In this document: positions 60,350 to 64,000 of the stretch, one piece after another
How positions within the stretch are numbered: position 1 is the first letter of the stretch
How the letters are laid out: every line of letters starts with the position of its first letter
NCBI GenBank assembly: GCA_964035545.1
Contig: OZ037765.1
Coordinates: forward strand, 24,303,504-24,367,503
Direction: 5' to 3'
Source of the DNA: Bugula neritina
Taxonomy: Eukaryota > Animalia > Bryozoa
Length of the DNA stretch: 64,000 nucleotides
Position numbers and translations under genes: made by a program
The notes under the pieces: generated by a model
Database searches by the model: none
The model's input: only the letters and a program-made list of their open reading frames with translations
Told to the model about the DNA's origin: nothing

Positions 60350-63300
60350 TCAACTGTATGCTAATCTAAAATTCTTTTCATGCTCTTTCTTTGTGTAATC
60401 AGCATACCGGGCAACCTCTTCTGTTTTCTTTTGAAGCACAGCTACAAAAAAAGAATTATGGTCATTATGGCTATGATATGTATAGTAGAATATTGATAAT
60501 GTCTAATGCAAAGCTGAAACTCATAGCTCAAACAGTATAACATACCAGCATTTTGATCCACCCACTGAAGTGATTCCATATGAGCATTTAGTATTTTCGA
60601 TATTTGCAGCATCTAAATAAAATACTTACAAATTGGACAAAGATTCAATAAGTACAAAAAACAGTAAAAATCTAACAATAATGTGTTATAAAAGTAGCAG
60701 AAATTGAAATTTTATTAACAAATTTACATCATAGATTTCAGTAAACTGATATTGAGAGTAAAGGTATAACATGATGTTGCGAATTTTATTGATTGAAAAA
60801 TGTTTCAAGAGTAATTTTCTGTATTTGAACAGAAGAAGCCAACAATTAAAATCAAATCTTTTATATGCAAGAAGAATAAACCACTAAACCAACTCTCGGG
60901 TTGGTTAGTTAACTTTATTCCAATTCAACTATAAATATAAATAAACTCTAGCCGAGGAAATCTGCAACTTACCGGATCTGATTTATCTTGAGAACTAGTG
61001 CCAGTGTTCAGGTGATCTACAACTTCCTTCAAATCTTCTGTCATTCGCTTAAGCTGTGCATCTATATGTTCTGCTATTTGATACCTAATTGAACAATTTG
61101 TGTGATGTTACATACAGTACAAATTCAAAACTGAAATAAGTACAAGTGTGTGTGCATCTCATTTATGATGGATGCATTGTAAACAGTTCAAAATTTGAAA
61201 AAAATATTCAAACAGAGTATCCCAAACTTATAAACATATAAAATACCAATTTATCTTAAAAATCAACAAAATTTACTTTGCTGCCAAGATCTATTGATTT
61301 TCTACTTTTCTGCAATAGCAATAAACTTGTATTTTTTCAACCTATAAGTTTTTAAATAACATGTACAGCATGTATTACTTATCAGTGACCACTCTCTATC
61401 TGCAAATATTTCACTGCTTAAAATATTCTATAATGGATCACAGATAATGACTCAGTAACATGGGATAAACTTATCTAAAAAAATTGGTAAATTTCCAAAT
61501 CTAAATTAGCATAATTTCAGTAGTTGAGGCTTAGTTCCCAGTAAGGAGATACCCCAGAAAATGACCTAGGATAAGAAATAGGCCAGTGTCCCTTTGTTTA
61601 CATTCAGTTTTATTGCCTACAGCCTAGTTATTTTACCTAGTGATTTCCAACACAAATATGAAAACTAGAAGAAACTTACTTGCCTAGTGATTGAAGCCTA
61701 ACTATCAGTAAATGTGAAAAACACTCCCAAGAAAAAATTAAAGAAGCCTAAAATGCTTGTCTGACTAATAGAATTAGTAATTCTTAGTTACTGCAGCAAT
61801 ATAAAACAAACAAGTGCATGTTCACTGTTGTTGAACTTCTATCAAATTATATTATGTTATTGATTAGTGGGTGTTCAGCAAAGGTTCAACTCAAAGTGCC
61901 ACTCACAACCATTTTGTGTATAATAGAAATACCCCTGAGTGTCAACTGGCGCTTTGCAGTTACATGTATAATGAGTGATTTAGCTGCACTACACACCATG
62001 CTGAAACCTTTATTTAACTAAAAGCGATTATAATAACAGCATTATTAGTCAACAAGTAGTTGTAGATAAATCACCAGATACATTATAGAATTAATTAAAC
62101 ACCAGGAACATCAGCCAGCTTCATTACCAATTGAAAACTGGCAACTTGCCAGCTTAGTTAGAATTTGCACCAAAGCTATACCAGAGCTCCGCCAGTATGG
62201 TGGCTTTCCTTACACCAACCAAGACACTACTAAAGCAAATTGACCAACTAGAAATAAACTGCATATGGTTATTGGCAGTTCAACTGTGAGTTCTCCTAAA
62301 ACCAGCTTGGTGAATAATCCTGATCACCAATTTCATATCTAAATGCTGCTGACTAAGGATTTCACATGAAGACCAAAACATAACTTAACCAAAAGGATTG
62401 ATAGTTACGCTGGGAGAAAGCCTAATATTTACATACGTATGTTCTCTTTCAGAGTCTGTATGCTGTTGGTAGTTGATAGCGGGAAGTTTCGCCACATTTT
62501 CCTCTAGAGGCACAAGCATCTCTTCAAGCTCTTTTTGCTGAGCGACTATGAAGTCTAATTCATCATTTAATCTGCGTTGATCCAACTTAACTTTGGCAAC
62601 CTCAGAATTCAACGTGGTAATCTAAAAATTTTTTGAAGACATAACAGCAATAAGTATAATTATAAACCATAAATTATTTGTAAAATAATTTATGGTTCTG
62701 TAATTCTCAAACTGAATTGCCTTATTATCAAATGAATTAATTATTAACCTCTTCGCCATTTTTTATTAGAACTTTATCCCAAGCATTGACTTTGGTAGCC
62801 TGCTCTAGAAAAAGCTTTTCCTGGTGCTCAAGCTCCATAGCCCACTTATTCATTTGCTCCTCTAGCTCCTTATATGTCATTTTAGTTCCAGAGCCTTCAC
62901 TAAAGAACCAACAACAGTCTTAAAAGTTTAACTCAAATACCAAGGAAATATATGTTTATAATACAAATTTGCAAAAAAATAGCATTTTATGACTGGCAAT
63001 TTTCGTCAATACCCGCTAGATCCAGCTGCTCCAGTTAAGGAAGTAGCAGTGGTTGTAGTCACTGTCGAAGGTCCACTTGTGGTAACAGAAGCGGTCTTAG
63101 AGCCTAGGAGAGCTGCTGGCATTAAATTAGACATTATCAAATTTATGGCTTCATACATTTTTTGGTACTATTAATTTGAACCCATTAAAATATTTTTTCT
63201 TAATAGATTATAAGCCTGATTAAATTATTTTTGGCATTAGTATTGTAGAACAAACAACTTGAAAACATACATGGTATATGGTATGGGTCAATTTATTTTA

Positions 63301-64000
63301 TTTAGTACACACTGAAAAATTGAGACTAAAAATTAAAGTTGCTTTAAAATTCATTAAAATATAACAATTGGTAGTAAGTCCATATGCTGATTTTAAATAC
63401 ATATGTATAGAAAAAAAGCGGAGAGAGGGTTGTGCAACAATAAAGTGCAACGACATTGACTTATTGCCCAATTAACATGTGGTTGCTGAAAGTGACAAAC
63501 TGTATTATTTCTAATAGATAAAAATTGGAACAGCTTGTACTTTAGTTAAGAAACTAAAAGCTGTTCTATTTAAAGAGTACAAGACGAAAAAATTATCAAA
63601 TTATATACACCAACTCTTTTTGATTTAATTAAATTCAGTTAACCAGGCATGGTATAAAAATTATTATGAAAACCTATGCTATTTGATTAAAAATTCAACA
63701 AGAAATTAAGCAAAACTGAATATATTTAACTATTTGGCTTTACTTGTTGGCACTTCATCGGTTTTAGCAAAAAATTTATTAGCAGCTACAATTTCATAAC
63801 ATAAGCAAAACATGAAAACATTCAGTGTGTACCAAATAAAGTCAAGTATCTCACATTAAAAAAAATTGTTTCAAACAAAAAAGTTTTACTTACAAGGACC
63901 GGCGGCCGGCATAGACAGAGAGCTTGACAATTGAGATCCAATAGCAGAACCACTTGACTTGACAACACCGGCACTAAGTGATGAGCCAATGGATGGACCA
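60350..64000 (-). CDS. NUP62: Nucleoporin p62 (Nsp1-like C-terminal coiled coil); 5'-partial
   Basis: Exons ~63894-64000 and 63013-63103 (Ser/Thr-rich linker), 62749-62899 (MTYKELEEQMNKW...FLEQATKVNAWD...NGE), 62437-62621 (RLNDELDFIVAQQKELEE), 60972-61084 (IDAQLKRM), 60546-60612 (ILNAHMESLQWVD) and 60350-60441 (stop TGA). Confidence 0.93.

Overview
AT-rich, intron-dense nuclear DNA from an invertebrate animal, read with the standard genetic code and spliceosomal introns. Most short ORFs in the supplied track are exon fragments or repeat artefacts. Manual exon stitching supports nine protein-coding genes: a 5'-truncated receptor guanylyl cyclase (+), FAAH (-), a MYORG-like GH31 glycosidase (-), TCTEX1D1 (-), RIC1 (+), an ankyrin-tailed glutaminase (-), a protein with two tandem coactosin-type ADF-H domains (-), BET1L (+) and a 5'-truncated NUP62 (-). 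Two pairs are head-to-head and three are tightly convergent. Mobile DNA comprises a tRNA-Thr-derived SINE family (four copies), a tRNA-like relic and an RTE-type LINE fragment. The most unusual signal is a set of 0.3-1 kb tracts in the inferred first intron of five genes. They are hexamer-periodic and self-complementary, and they conserve a weak/strong base pattern (A/T and C/G interchange in register) rather than a sequence. Also notable are RIC1 minisatellites that multiply the gene's own donor and acceptor sites, an (AT)48 tract replacing a polypyrimidine tract, a GC-AG intron in FAAH, and a Cys-to-Thr change at a purine-specificity site of the cyclase. Exon coordinates were read by eye and may be off by a few bases; TSS positions are inferred.
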